This document shows positions 39,863 to 52,832 of a DNA stretch of 64,000 bases, piece after piece. Both the position numbers and the translations under genes were made by a program. The stretch's first letter is position 1, and each line of letters starts with the position of its first letter. Source of the stretch: Mytilus trossulus (Eukaryota); NCBI RefSeq assembly GCF_036588685.1, contig NC_086375.1, positions 72,912,001 through 72,976,000 of the forward strand, written 5' to 3'. Under the pieces are notes generated by a model. It did no database searches and was not told where the DNA came from. It saw only the letters and a list, made by a program, of their open reading frames with translations.

Positions 39863-42670
39863 TGCCCGCGTCACACTGTCCCGATTTTTAAACCGATGTT
39901 AACACGATTATGGAAATTTTCAAAATCGGGACTGATCGTATCCAGATCTGGCTATTCGTAGTGCCATCTTTAACCATCGTAGAATCATCGGCCACTTTTT
40001 CTAGTCTTCGGGGACAACTTCGGGAAGGGTTCTAAATTTTTTAACATGTTAAAAAATCCCCGATGGTGCGTCCGATGTGGAGGGTTCGTATTGAGTTCGT
40101 ATCACCATCCTCACCATCGTAATGTCACCGGGAATGCATCTTTGGACATCGTATTGCATTCGTGTTTCCATCGTTTCCATCGGGCAGTTTTTACATAACG
40201 ATGTCTAGACGAAGGAATCACGAGGCTACCCGAAGGTCTTATGATGGCAACACGACTTCGTGAAGACCTCGTAATCCCGTCGTGTTGCCATCGAATAAAA
40301 GTACGAAGGCGACAAGATGGAACTACGACGGCAATAGATCCAGCTAAATAAATTCTTCATTAATACCAGGACTAAAATGTGTAAATACACCAGATGCGCT
40401 TTTCGTCTACAAAAGACTCAACAGTGACGCTCGAATCAAAAAAAGTAAAAAAGGCCAAATAAAGTACGAAGTTGAAGAGCTTTGAGGACAAATATTCTTA
40501 AAAGTGTTGCCAAATACAGCTGAGGTAATCTATGCCTCAGGTAGAAAAATGTAAGTTAATTTTCGCGCTAAAATACATTTAAAGTGTCATGCGCGATATG
40601 CACTGATCAGTCTAATACGACAGTTAAAAAGATGTTTACAAAACATGGAGCTTATATCTTATGATTCTATGAGAACAAGAAAGGCGACAGCGTTGTTTCT
40701 ATTCTATTCTATTTCTATTCAAGAAGAGCAGCTATAACAGGCTCAGGATTTACTTTTACAAGTAAAATAAAAAAAATTGTCAATTTTTCATATCAAGTAA
40801 CATAATGAAAATCATAAATGCGCCTCGTACACCAACACTGCAGGTACACGTATATAGGGAAACCAATTCTTTCTTCATAGTTCTGATTTTTTATGTATCG
40901 TCTGAGTTGTTGTCACACGAATTGTTACTCCATAACCATTTTGTTTCTATGTGTCATATTTTTCCACATTTGTAGCTTTTCCCACACCCTTCCTTTTGTC
41001 TATATTAGTATGATATTCTCCTTGAAAGAGCTCTTTTAAAAAAAAACGGATCAACGAACCCATTGCCTTACATTTAAGATAGATCAGTAAACATTGTCAT
41101 AACTATGGGTGATTATTCAGACTAGTGGACACATTTTAATATTGTCTTTAGAACCAGCAGGTAAAAAAATGAGCAAACAATTTTCTGTATATTATATAAA
41201 AAAGAAGATGTGGTATTATTGCCAATGAGACTACTATCCACAAAAGACCAAAATGACACAAACATTAACAACTATAGGTAACCGTATACGGCCTTCAACA
41301 ATGAGCAAAGCCCGTACCGCATAGTCCGCTATAAAAGGCCCCGATAAGACAAGGTAAAACAATTCAAACGAGAAAACTAACGGCCTTATTTATGTTAAAA
41401 AAAATGAACGAAAAACAAATATGTAACACATAAACAAATGACAACCACTGAATTACATGCCCCTAACTTGGGACAGGCACATATAAATAATGTGGCAGGG
41501 TTAAACATGTTAGCGGGATCAAAACCCTCTCCCTAACCTGGGACAGTTGTATAACAGTACAACATAAGAACGAACTATAAAAATCAGTTGAAAAGGATTA
41601 AGGATGTACTTAGGTGAGGTTTTGGAATTTGGTTCAAATGTTCGGACTCCTTGGAGTTTTTCCATTCAACACAATGTAAAATATTTTGCCCCATAACACC
41701 CATTTATTTTTTCATATAAGATTAAATTCTTCATGAAAGATCATTTTCCAAAATTTTAGAAGATTTTTAATTTTCTTTCTTCTGTTTTGAGACCAATAAT
41801 ACCAATGCAAATGTAAGGTAAAAGTCAGAGTCAGTCTTTTCCCGCCATATTTTAAATCTCAAATATCGCGAAAAGGAGGTCCACTGATGACCTATCAATA
41901 TTTTTAGCTTTTTTGTATCCTTATTTGATGCTCTACCAGATAAAAGTATCAAATTTAACTTCTTAATTTATAAATTTTCACCTAACCTCACCTAAGTACA
42001 TCCTTAACTCATCAGATAGACAAAAAATACAAGTGGACGTGACCGGGTACTTCTACATCCCGACACAAAAAGACACAATGGACAGATCTGAGAATACTCG
42101 CAGCTGTCTGACAGCTAGTTCAAAGCCACTAACATCTAATAAAAAAATCATGCAGTTTAGACTATTGTGCCTTTTTAAGAAGAAAAAAAACAAGTTCATC
42201 TGCATGACATTGACCTTTGACTTTGAACGTAAAAAATGTCAGATCATTACAAGGAGAAACTATATACCAAATGTGGTTAAAATCTTTTGAAGCATATTGG
42301 TTTCGAAGTGTCCACAGTGGAAAAGCATCGTAAGCTGTTCACGACGTCTTTTAGACATCGTATGGCCATCGTGCCATCATCGTTATCCATCATATAGCCT
42401 TCGTAATCCATCGTGTATCATTCGTGATCCATCGTGTAGGCTTCGGCTGAAATATAAAGCTTAAATACCCGTCTTCGGTTAACCTTCGTATGTCCATCTT
42501 TTGCTATCGTGTATAATTTCGGCACCATCGTATAGACTTCGTTATTCATCGTACTGGCTTCGGTCTCTTTTTGGTATTTTAACGAGATCGGGACCAACTT
42601 CGTACGAACTTACAATTTTCGCATTCGGGTGTCCATCGTATCTAAAAATCGGGACAGTGTGACACGGGCA
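39863..42670. mobile_element. PIF/Harbinger-type non-autonomous element with internal insertions
   Basis: TIR tgcccg(c/t)gtcacactgtcccgattttta at both ends, with a TTA duplication (39860-39862, 42671-42673). Confidence 0.85.
41602..42003. mobile_element. Kolobok-type MITE inserted in a SINE-like copy
   Basis: TTAA|ggatgtacttaggtgaggtt ... aacctcacctaagtacatcc|TTAA. Purine (GG) termini with TTAA fit Kolobok rather than piggyBac. Confidence 0.85.
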
Positions 42671-42674
42671 TTAA

Positions 42675-43296
42675 GGGCATACGATACAGTTTTGATCTTG
42701 TATTTACAAGTTCATGAAAATTTGCATATAGGCTATTTTTTACCTGATTAAATCAAATATGTAATAAAAAATCTACCTTCATGTGCTACTTTTTGCGTAA
42801 AATGAGGTAGAAATTTTGTACATTTGCTCGAAATTCAGATTTGTGGCCGTAATTTCTTTTTCGAAAGAAAGACATAACTTTTTTGTTATAAAAGATAAAA
42901 ACAAATGGTTTATTGTTAAGTAATCGGTAATTTCTGTATTTTATAAATATCTTTAAAAAATATGCATTTTTTTATTCAGAAATGACTCATATTTATCAAA
43001 TGTTCATGAATTGAGGAAAAACGTAATTTTTTACTGCATGTTTATCACAATTAAAAAAAAAAATCCTTTATTTACAGTTTTATAAAATTTGGGTCACATA
43101 ATCTCCCTGCAAAATGAAACCAAATGCCGTTTTGAAAAATAGGGGTCCATGAACTCGTTTTCAAATTAAATCAGTTTGAATGATAAAAATCAGTCGAAAA
43201 ATGCACCTTTTCCCGATATGTCACAGTTTGACGTCGCGAAAATAACAAATTACGTTAGCAACGTCATTACCTTCCCTGTAACTGTATCGTATGGCC
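42675..43296. mobile_element. Kolobok-type MITE
   Basis: TTAA|gggcatacgatacagtt ... aactgtatcgtatggcc|TTAA. Confidence 0.85.
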
Positions 43297-46200
43297 TTAA
43301 TTTCTTAACCACTTTAATAATAAAATAATTCGAAAAATTAATCAGGAATAACCTTTATGTTTTGATTTATATAATACGAATAAATCAAACATCGTGTTAA
43401 TTTTGATTAATTTTTAGAATTACTTTATTAAGGTGTTGAGAACCTTTTTTGACCCCATAGTTTAAGTGTCTTTAAAAAGTGCATAGTGAGCAGTGGTCGT
43501 TTCATACAAACGTTCTCACCTAAATTGTCCCAGTCAATGGATGAATTTAATGTGTCAATCAATGGCCACAGCCACACTGTTTTGAATTTCCTTCTATTAG
43601 TTTTTTATTAGGTCAGTTTATGGGGAGCCAAAAGTGGTAGGTCAATGCTATTTGGTATGTAGTTGTGTAAGCATTGGCATATCTCATTTCCATGGAGATA
43701 ATTTGACTCTGCCTCCTTAGTCATGGTCTATTAAAAAATCTGAGTTACCATGTATTAGTTTGTGATTATGTCAATTCAAGGGGAACCATTAGTGGTAGGC
43801 CAAGGTTAATTGGTATACAGTTGTACAAACATTAGTCCATCTCATTTCCATGGAGAATATTTGGTCTCACCCCTTCGAATGACTTTTGAAACTTATCTTT
43901 AGTTTACATGTATTAGTTTGTGATAAGATCAGTTTAAGATGAACTGCTAATGTTAAGTCAATGATATTTGGTATGCAAATTTATTGGCATTTGCAAGTTA
44001 CGTTTCCATGGAGATTATATTACCCCACCCCCTCTTATTGACTTTGAAACTTTTCTATAGTTTACTAGTTAATGTTTGCATTTAGATTTGGGAACGACAT
44101 ATAATAAGTCAATGGTCATGATGATATTTGGTATGCAGTTGTATAAGAATTGGCAAACCTCATTTACATGGAGATTGTTAAGCCATGTAACTTGTCTTGG
44201 TTCATTGACTTTCAATATTTTCTTAACTTGTGTAATATGTTAAAGTATTGCTATTTTGATTTCAAAATTTGCATTATCAAAATTACAAAAAGGCGAGACA
44301 TATCTCTTATCCTGTTGTATCCAGTTTATCCTGGTTAAGTTTGTTTCTTATATACTGTATGCAAAAGCATAACTATAAAATTTATATTTAAAACATACAC
44401 GGATTGTAAGGTACACATGTCCACTAACGAAGTGGAGAGAAATAGAAAGAAAAGTAAACAAGTTCAGAATTCATTCAATTTAAAGCATTTCCATTCATTT
44501 GATGAGGGTGCCGCTTAAGAAATGATTTTCTGATATATAATTCTTTAAAGTATTAGGCCGATAAGTACAAAATTAATATAAGAATTTGTGTAATACTCCA
44601 AAACTTGCCACTTAGTACCGGAAAATTTTGAGGTCAATCAATCGTCCTCTGTCGCCCGATTCTCAAGATATTGAACTGTTTTTCATTATTTTTTCAGACA
44701 CGTTTTTAGATAATATTAGTGTGGCATCATATTTACTGAAATTTGTTGTAAAAAACATGTTTTTAAAAGAATATGGACAAAAACATTGTTTGTTTATTGT
44801 ACGGCGAATTGCAAAATAACAACTTTTGTCTGTACGGCGTCTTGCAATTTATTATAATGTTAAGAGGAAATTAATCACTGTTTAGATAATATCAAGGGAC
44901 GATATTTTGTTGATATCAAAGCTTTACAGGCTTACAAATATACAAAATGTCGTACTTATCAAATATTATTAAATATATGCCGTTAACTTAGTTCAGAAGT
45001 CCTCGTTGCGTACCGCTTTTCGATTTTCAAAAATAGTCGGCTATAAAAAGCACCAACCGAAAAATGTGGAAGGACTCAATAAGAAAACTAACGGCCTAAC
45101 TCATAACAAAACAATTTATGAAACCAACAAATAGGATAGAGTTGAAGTAACGACAACCACCGAACCACAGGATCGAGAATTCGAACAGACACATAAAATT
45201 GTTTTATTATTTAATTTCTGAAATGATTCAGTTGTAATTATAAAAAGAAAAATTAAGAAAATACTTTGTTTTCATCGAAAGAAAGGAGAAACAAATCGTG
45301 AATTGCATTTACAATTAATTTTCTTGTCAGTTTCTTTTTGAAAATATATAATTTGTATACATCTTAAATGCTGTCAAGCAAATGGTAGTTCTATCTAATG
45401 CATAATTAAATGGTGGTGGTGGTGGGGGGGGGGGGGGGGCTGGTAGAGGGTCCGTTTATGTGTTAACTACATCTCGATTTTGACAAAAACAGTTAACAAC
45501 AAATTTTAAATACTGATAAGAGTTAAAACAGCAACTTTAATTTACCCTTTTTTTCCAAACAAACACAAAAGCAATGAAAAGGGGAAGTGCATATCTTCGA
45601 TGTATTCAAAAGTTTGAAAACCACTGTACAAAGTCGCAGAAATGCCAAGCTCCATAAGGAATCTTTTACAAAGCTGACTAATTTTCAGAATACACACGCA
45701 AGTACCATTTTTGTTTTATTGACACATGGACAGACAATTGAACGGATGGAAAAGCCGACGGAGTGATTGACTCCTAGAAAAAGGACACTACATGTATTTT
45801 ATGAATAATCGAAAATGCTCCAAACAGCAAAATGGATTCTTCTTCTGGATATGTATATTGTTGAGTAAATGTTTTATGTCAATCAGTCGTAGCAAATCGT
45901 CAAGACGTAGGAAAGTGTAACAAACAGATAGAATGAGTGAATACTATAGGGCGCGAACATTTTTATTTATGGCGGAGGCTCTTATAGACCATGGTTACAT
46001 CTCAGTCAGGGTATTCATACGACTCATTGCTTACATAATTTTATTAAAAGGAATTGCGCAGGTTTACTGATTTTTATTTGAACTCATCAAAACCAGTGTA
46101 TAAATCAAAAAGTAACATGTAAGGTGTCATAAGTTGAAGCACTCTTTCATCTCCAAGTCCTAATTATAACAACTCTTGAGTTGATATATAAAAAGCCTAG

Positions 46201-46674
46201 GCCCATCTTGAAGTCATAGACTAGCAAATTTGACATCAAATTGAGAACCAAGTCTTCATTTTTCGGCCTCTTCTACCCGGCCAAACTGTTCAGTTATTTT
46301 ACGAATTGCAAATTGAAAAGGTACTTTATTTTTCACAATTCCGTCTAGGTACTCTGGGTCAATATAACTTATCAAACATTCCATATACATCTAAATTAAT
46401 TTCATCATAGGACTGACCAGGGTTTTAGCTGGATAAGTGGCCTTTCCTTTTAATGTTTTGGATACTTTACAAATAGAAGTCAGAAATAACTACATTGGTT
46501 ACCGTTAGACACATAAAGAGGGGCATGCGATATCCCTACGTGTTTAACACTGCCGCATTTGTTGCACCTGCGTGACCCAACTTGAGTCCGTAACCTTTGC
46601 TATATAGTCGTTGTATTTTTTTTTTTTTTTTTAAATTTTGGTTCATTTATATGTTTCAATTTTAATGTACGTAT

Positions 46675-47023
46675 TGTTATTCTTTTACTTTTCTACATTG
46701 GCTAGAGGTATAGGGGGAGGGTTGAGATCTCATAAACATGTTTAACCCCGCCGCAATTTTGCGCCTGTCCCAAGTCAGGAGCCTCTGGTCTTTGTTAGTC
46801 TTGTATGATTTTAAATATTTGTTTCTTGTGTATAATTCGGAGTTTAGTATGACGTCCATTATCACTGTACTATTATGCATATTTTTAGGGGCCAGCTGAA
46901 GGACACCTACGGGTGCGGGAATTCTCGCTACATTGAAGACCCATTGGTTGCCTTCGGCTGTTGTCTGCTCTATGGTCGGGTGGTTGTCGCTTTGACATAT
47001 TCACCATTTCCTTTCTCAATTTT
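46675..47023 (+). mobile_element. SINE-like family A copy
   Basis: Reverse complement of 29241-29590. Confidence 0.8.
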
Positions 47024-47144
47024 ATTCAAGAAACAAACATTGAACTTCTACCCCCTTTTGTAGTTAAATGATTGCTCACTTAGGAGACAGCTTTAGGTAT
47101 ACCAATACACAGTTACAAGTTTAGTTTCGCATTATAGCCATGGT

Positions 47145-47697
47145 AAAGGAGTAGGTCCGGTAAGGACCGATTTTGGCCTCAAATTTAAGTTTCATCTGAC
47201 GAAAGATTTTGACCACTTTTTAAACACTAAAGTGCAAGGTTTTTACTTATTTAGTCATTAAAAACGATCCGATTCAATCTCAAACATGAAAAATCTACCA
47301 AATATGCGAAAAAACGTCACTTTTCAGATGTTTTTTGTCAAAAACGAAAGTGGCCGCATCCGTGTTCATCCTCAATCTTTACATATGTTATGTATTATCA
47401 TCAAATACAACTTACATTTCAATATTTTGGATGAACACGAATGCGGCTACTTTCGTTTTACCCGGAAACCGTCTAAAATTTAACTAAAATGCTGAAATTG
47501 TGAAGATTTCAGTAATTTAGCACGACTTCATGGTGCTTGTACCCAATATATGTGCATTGTATTGTCAAAAACAGCCCATATTTATGTAGCACAACCATTC
47601 TACTATCCAATAACTAAAAAAAAGTTTAAATTTTAACAATTTTGTAAAACTGCTATATTTTGGGGCCAAAAAGAGGTCTTACTGAACCTACTCCTTT
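47145..47697. mobile_element. MITE, intact sister of the element at 20928-23343
   Basis: aaaggagtaggtccggtaag ... cttactgaacctactccttt termini. The internal sequence matches the split copy. Confidence 0.8.
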
Positions 47698-48690
47698 TCT
47701 AAATATGAAAGTTTTTGTACAATTGAATTGATTCTTAGATAGTCGAATAATAATATAAAAGCCTTCCTAGTGGGTTTATATGAACATTTAGATTGTTTTT
47801 AGCATGTTTTATAAGTCATTTAGTATTGTTTTTCAACAAAGATTTGACGCTCGATCTTTTCAATTGAATTTGTGGAAAAAACAGCAGACATGCATTTAAT
47901 TTTGTTCAACTCTTGATAGATATATGTCTATGGTTTCAGGAAAGGTAAAACTCTTATTGATTGAAATCAAAGTTTCCTTTGGACCAAGTTTTTGAGATCT
48001 GTGTGACATGTTCAACCCCATATTTTGCTATATTTGGTATCAAATAAATGCTTATTGTTGGTATGGTTACACAAAAACAAAGAGATTATATTTCACCATT
48101 ATTACTATTAGAAATCAAATCTATGGACGATTCTCTTTCTATAAAAAGGACAAAAACAGTTTAACATAAAAAGGTATCCCCCCACATTAGATATTTGAAC
48201 TTTTAAAATACAGTAACTTTATTTTCTTTGAAAGTACGGTAAATAACTATTCTAAAATTAGCAAGTTGCCATACAGTAAATTTGTCAACACGAGCAAGTT
48301 GCCGTACCCTAGAATTTATTTTTTATGGTCTATATTCTTTAAAATACATCTTTTTGACAACAAATGTCAGTAAATATGATGCCACACCATAATAGTCTAA
48401 AAATGTGTCGGGGAAAATAATGAAAAACAGTTCAATATCTTGAGAATAGGGCGACAGAGGACGATATACCTCGAAATTTTTCGGTACTAAGTAACAAGTT
48501 TTGGAGTATTACACAAAATCTTGTATTAATTTTGTACTTATCAGCCTAATAATTTAAAGAATTATATATATGAAAATCATTCATTAAGCGGCACCCTCAT
48601 CAAATGAATGGAAATGCTTTAAATTGAATGAATTCTTAACTTGTTTACTTTTTTTTCTATTTCTCTCCGCTTCGTTAGTACCCAATTTCC

Positions 48691-50135
48691 CAGGGCCGTA
48701 ACTAGCCCCTTACAATACTGAGGCAAAATATATATCGCCGAGCGTAGCGAGGCGAAAAAATTTTGGCGAGGGGTCTGGGGGCCGCCCCCAGAAGCTCTGA
48801 GAAAAATAACGCAAAATCGTGCATTCTGAGCGTTTCCCGGACTTTTTCTTACATAAAAACGCAAATCATTTTTAGCCATTTTTTCGACAATATTCTGGTC
48901 TCAAAGCAAAAACATAGATTCATTGTTATTTAAGACTTTAAAGTTTTAGGGAAACTCAAAACATTAAAAGACCGATATGTAGGATAAAGCAAAAATCGTA
49001 ATTCTCATAATCATTAATACCGGATCTGTCTCTCTGTTCTTGTATTGTATTGTGCTGACTTGAGATTTTTTTATGACCAGATTTAAATATAGTGACAGTC
49101 ATTAGTGCAGTAATATACGTTAAATACTAGTACTACTCAAGTCGACACGACAGAGGGACCATATTGACGGTATTTATGATTCTTTCATTATTGAAGACCC
49201 TCCAGCAACTATCAAGATGAAGAACAGGAATAAAAACTTTGACCATTGATCATTTGTATTTTTTTCCAGACATTGACATTGTGTGCGATTAGCTCCCGTG
49301 CACGTGTACTTTATATTCCTTTATTTTCTGTTAAAGGGTCTGAACACGACTTAATGCAAATTTAACCCTTGAATGTAAAAGGTCATATGGCAATACATGG
49401 ATGTTTTTTTCAACAAATGATTTGATACCGGGAAATTGGTGGTCTTACTTTAATTTAAACCATGTCAGCTATCTAGTTTTATCCACAGGCGCTTGGATAT
49501 ATGATACAGTTATATTTTTTAATTTTGTTGTTGATTAAGATATTCAATTTTCTATATTTATAATACATATCTATCACTTCTGTGCATATCTCACCTACAG
49601 AAAATACCTAATTTTGCAATTCATACTAAGAAAAATTGGGTATGGTTTTATATACAAGAAAGGCAGTTTCGTTTTCTTTGATATCAAGTTCAATTCTCCA
49701 TGCAGAAACGACCACTTTTTTTCTGTGTCCAGTAGCATCGTATATTCTTAAAATATTTTCTCGCATAATGCCTGGACATCGGTGGACATGCAACATTACA
49801 CAGTGTGACACGTTTACAAATGAAAATCAACGCTCCGACTAGTCATTAAGTAGGACAATAAATGAACAAAAGACAAAACCCGGGACACAGAAGTACAAAC
49901 AATAGACCATCAACTCTGAAAACCAAAAGTAAAATAGAAACATGGATTACGAAAAATATGCAGGGGCGACATCAGAGGGTGAAGAGAACTTGCTTCTTGC
50001 AAGACACTTTCAGTGAAAACAATTTGATATGAAGACAACCATATGAAGACAATCTTTTGTTTTAGTTTGTTTTTTTTTTTGAAATTTAAAACATGAGGCA
50101 TTTGCCTCATTTGCCTCAATGTAGTTACGGCACTG
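48691..50135. mobile_element. TIR element (CAG(G/T)GCCGTAACTA) with 5-bp TSD TTTCC, inserted into the right TIR of the Transib-like element
   Basis: TTTCC|cagggccgtaacta ... tagttacggcactg|TTTCC. Confidence 0.85.
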
Positions 50136-50692
50136 TTTCCGGTGGCGATGATACACAGTGATGTCTGTCTGGCAGGGTTTATCTGACCTGGCCTCATTTT
50201 ATAGTTCATTTATTATTGTTAAGTTTCCTGGTAAAGTTTGTTGCTGAGTTATGCAATAGGCCAACTACATGTATATATATTTTAAAGCCTATTTGGTGTA
50301 TGGAATGATCGTAAGGTGTACATGTATTTCCAGTTTGGTTTATCCGCCGTTTGACCTCATTTTCTTGGATTATGTTGTGAAGTTTATGTGATATGGTTAG
50401 AAGATGTGTGCACTCTTGGTTTATAATTTGTTAAAGATTTTCTTTAATACCATCGGATCTAGAGTTTCCATCTTTTTCTTCGTAAACAATAATTATTGTT
50501 ACGAAATAAACTAGCATATGATTGCATAATACACACAAGACTAATTTCAAGTCAAACAAGTAAAGGTGAAGGACGCAATTATATCTTCTTCCCATGAAAA
50601 TATAAATCAAGATGTTATAACTATGACCAGACCATAACAAAACAAATTCAGCGTGAAGGGTAAATTAGTAAGACAGAAACGAGAGAATAATA

Positions 50693-51060
50693 GGCTATTG
50701 GTACTTTACGGAACGGAACGGAACGGAATTTCATTTAAGGTATCCAAAGGGGGCATTTATCAAAATTTTGAAAAATTTCTGTGTTTTACGGTTTTCCATA
50801 TACAAATAACACAAATGTATACTTAATCTCATCTTCACAGGTGAAATGTGTAATAATGTATAACATCGGGAAATATTCTGTAGATGAATATGTCGGATTG
50901 TCCTGATAAATTATCATGAAATTAACGCATTTGCAAGTCATGCATTATGATATCTAGACTGACCTCACGTCGTCCTTTCCGACGATGATTAGAAACATTG
51001 GTTCTGATTTTAACTTTTTAAATTTATTATTCCGTTCCGTTCCGCAAAGTACCAATTGCT
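50693..51060. mobile_element. MITE with (CGGAA)n subterminal repeats
   Basis: gctattggtactttacggaacggaacggaa versus ttccgttccgttccgcaaagtaccaattgc, an inverted match. Confidence 0.75.
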
Positions 51061-52460
51061 CTGAGGAATTGGTATTTAACGGAATCAACGGAAACAGACA
51101 TCTTTAATGTAATTAAAGCAGTATGATAAAAAAAATTGTCTGACACCTCTTTTTGCATGAGTGGTATGGTGGTGTTTTAGATAGCATTTTCGACTTGATC
51201 AATAATAAAAAATTTAACACAAAGGCAGGTTACACAAAACGTCTTTCTCCTTCCATCGGTAATTATATTTTAAATAAGAGGCCTTCAACAGCCCGTTCCG
51301 ACGATGATTAGAGACAGTGATCAAGTTGAATCTGATTTAAACTTTTTAATTTATTTTTCCGTTCCGTTCCGTTCCGCAAAGTACCAATTGCTCTGAGGAA
51401 TTGGTATTTAACGGAATCGAACGGAAACAGACATTTATAATGTAATAAAAGCAGTATGATAAAAAAAAATTTGTCTGACACCCCTTTTTGCAGAAGAAAT
51501 AATTGTTTTAGATAGCATTCCCGACCAGATAAATAATTAAGAATTTAACACAAAGGCCGGATAGACAAAAAGTCTTACTTCTTCCATTGGTAATTATATT
51601 TTTTAAAAGAGGCCTTCAACAGCCCGTTCCGACGATGATTAGAGACAGTGATCAAGTTTAATCTGATTAAAACTTTTTAATTTATTTTTCCGTTCCGTTC
51701 CGTTCCGCAAAGTACCAATTGCTCTGAGGAATTGGTATTTAACGGAATCGAACGGAAACAGACATTTATAATGTAATAAAAGCAGTATGATAAAAAAAAT
51801 GTGTCTGACACCCCTTTTTGCAGAAGAAATAAGTGTTTTAGATAGCATTCCCGACCAGATAAACAATTAAGAATTTAACACAAAGGCTGGATAGACAAAA
51901 AGTCTTACTTCTTCCATTGGTAATTATATTTTTTAAAAGAGGCCTTCAACAGCCCGTTCCGACGATGATTAGAGACAGTGATCAAGTTGAATCTGATTAA
52001 AACTTTTTAATTTATTTTTCCGTTCCGTTCCGTTCCGCAAAGTACCAATTGCTCTGAGGAATTGGTATTTAACGGAATCGAACGGAAACAGACATTTATA
52101 ATGTAATAAAAGCAGTATGATAAAAAAAAATGTGTCTGACACCCCTTTTTGCAGAAGAAATAAGTGTTTTAGATAGCATTCCCGACCAGATAAATAATTA
52201 AGAATTTAACACAAAGGCCGGATAGACAAAAAGTCTTACTTCTTCCATTGGTAATTATATTTTTTAAAAGAGGCCTTCAACAGCCCGTTCCGACGATGAT
52301 TAGAGACAGTGATCAAGTTGAATCTGATTTAAACTTTTTAATTTATTTTTCCGTTCCGTCCCGTTCCGCAAAGTACCAATTGCTCTGAGGAATTGGTATT
52401 TAACGGAATCGAACGGAAACAGACATCTATAATGTAATAAAAGCAGTATGATAAAAAAAA
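50977..52460. repeat. Tandem array of ~330-bp units (~4.5 copies)
   Basis: ccgacgatgattaga begins units at ~50979, 51298, 51629, 51959 and 52290. Units 2-5 are nearly identical. Confidence 0.95.
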
Positions 52461-52832
52461 AAAGGGATTCATCTTATTCTGATTGGTTAAATTCACCAAA
52501 CCTTCTCTGAAAAAAAAACCCCAGGTCATTGTCATAGATCTTTAAAATGTTAAGTGTATGTAGTACTTTAGTAAACCTTTATCCATAAGACTTTCGACAT
52601 AAAAATTAATCAATAGTCAGTAAAGCAGGCGAGATATATGAACTCTTGTATAGAAAAAAAATATTTGGTTCTATCGAGACAAGGATTTTAACGATTTCAT
52701 TATTTGCCTTTTCAAAGATATTATTTCAAGGGATATATTCCTTACAAAATCGCCAATGTGGAGGTTGTTTTGGTGGTGACCATGAGATGGTAGAATAGAC
52801 ACTTTCTCTCGAGAGAGAGTCATGATCAATTA

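Larger units (their letters stand above)
39755..43594. mobile_element. TIR element (~80-bp TIR, TA duplication)
   Basis: gaaattcaaaacagtgtggctgt..ggccattgattgaca..tccattgactgggacaattta is mirrored at 43521-43590. The host ttacatgTA|ttagttt is split with TA duplicated. Confidence 0.85.
39335..44310 (+). mobile_element. HINE-like element with ~160-bp tandem units hosting a nested TE stack
   Basis: Subterminal repeat tgtctcacctt / aaggcgagaca. The unit acatgtattagtttgtgattaggtca..ttggtatgcagttgt..catctcatttccatggaga is found on both sides of the inserted block. Confidence 0.75.
44422..50160. mobile_element. Transib-like non-autonomous element: CAC termini, 5-bp TSD (ATGTC), ~400-bp long inverted repeats
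   Basis: ATGTC|CACT... at the left and ...CACAGTG|ATGTC at the right. 44423-44850 is an imperfect reverse complement of ~48255-48679. Removing the block restores the host repeat gtaaggt.cacATGTCtgtctggca, also seen at ~38985. Confidence 0.7.

Noticed and set aside
46677-47483. Recurrent 60-90-aa ORFs here and at 15552, 18907, 53089, 56253 and 62505
   Set aside because: They are chance ORFs within SINE-like and MITE copies, and their frames are not preserved between copies.
50130-50160. A bona fide V(D)J recombination signal (CACAGTG)
   Set aside because: There is no nonamer at 12- or 23-bp spacing and no antigen-receptor or RAG coding sequence. Kept only as a Transib-like terminus.
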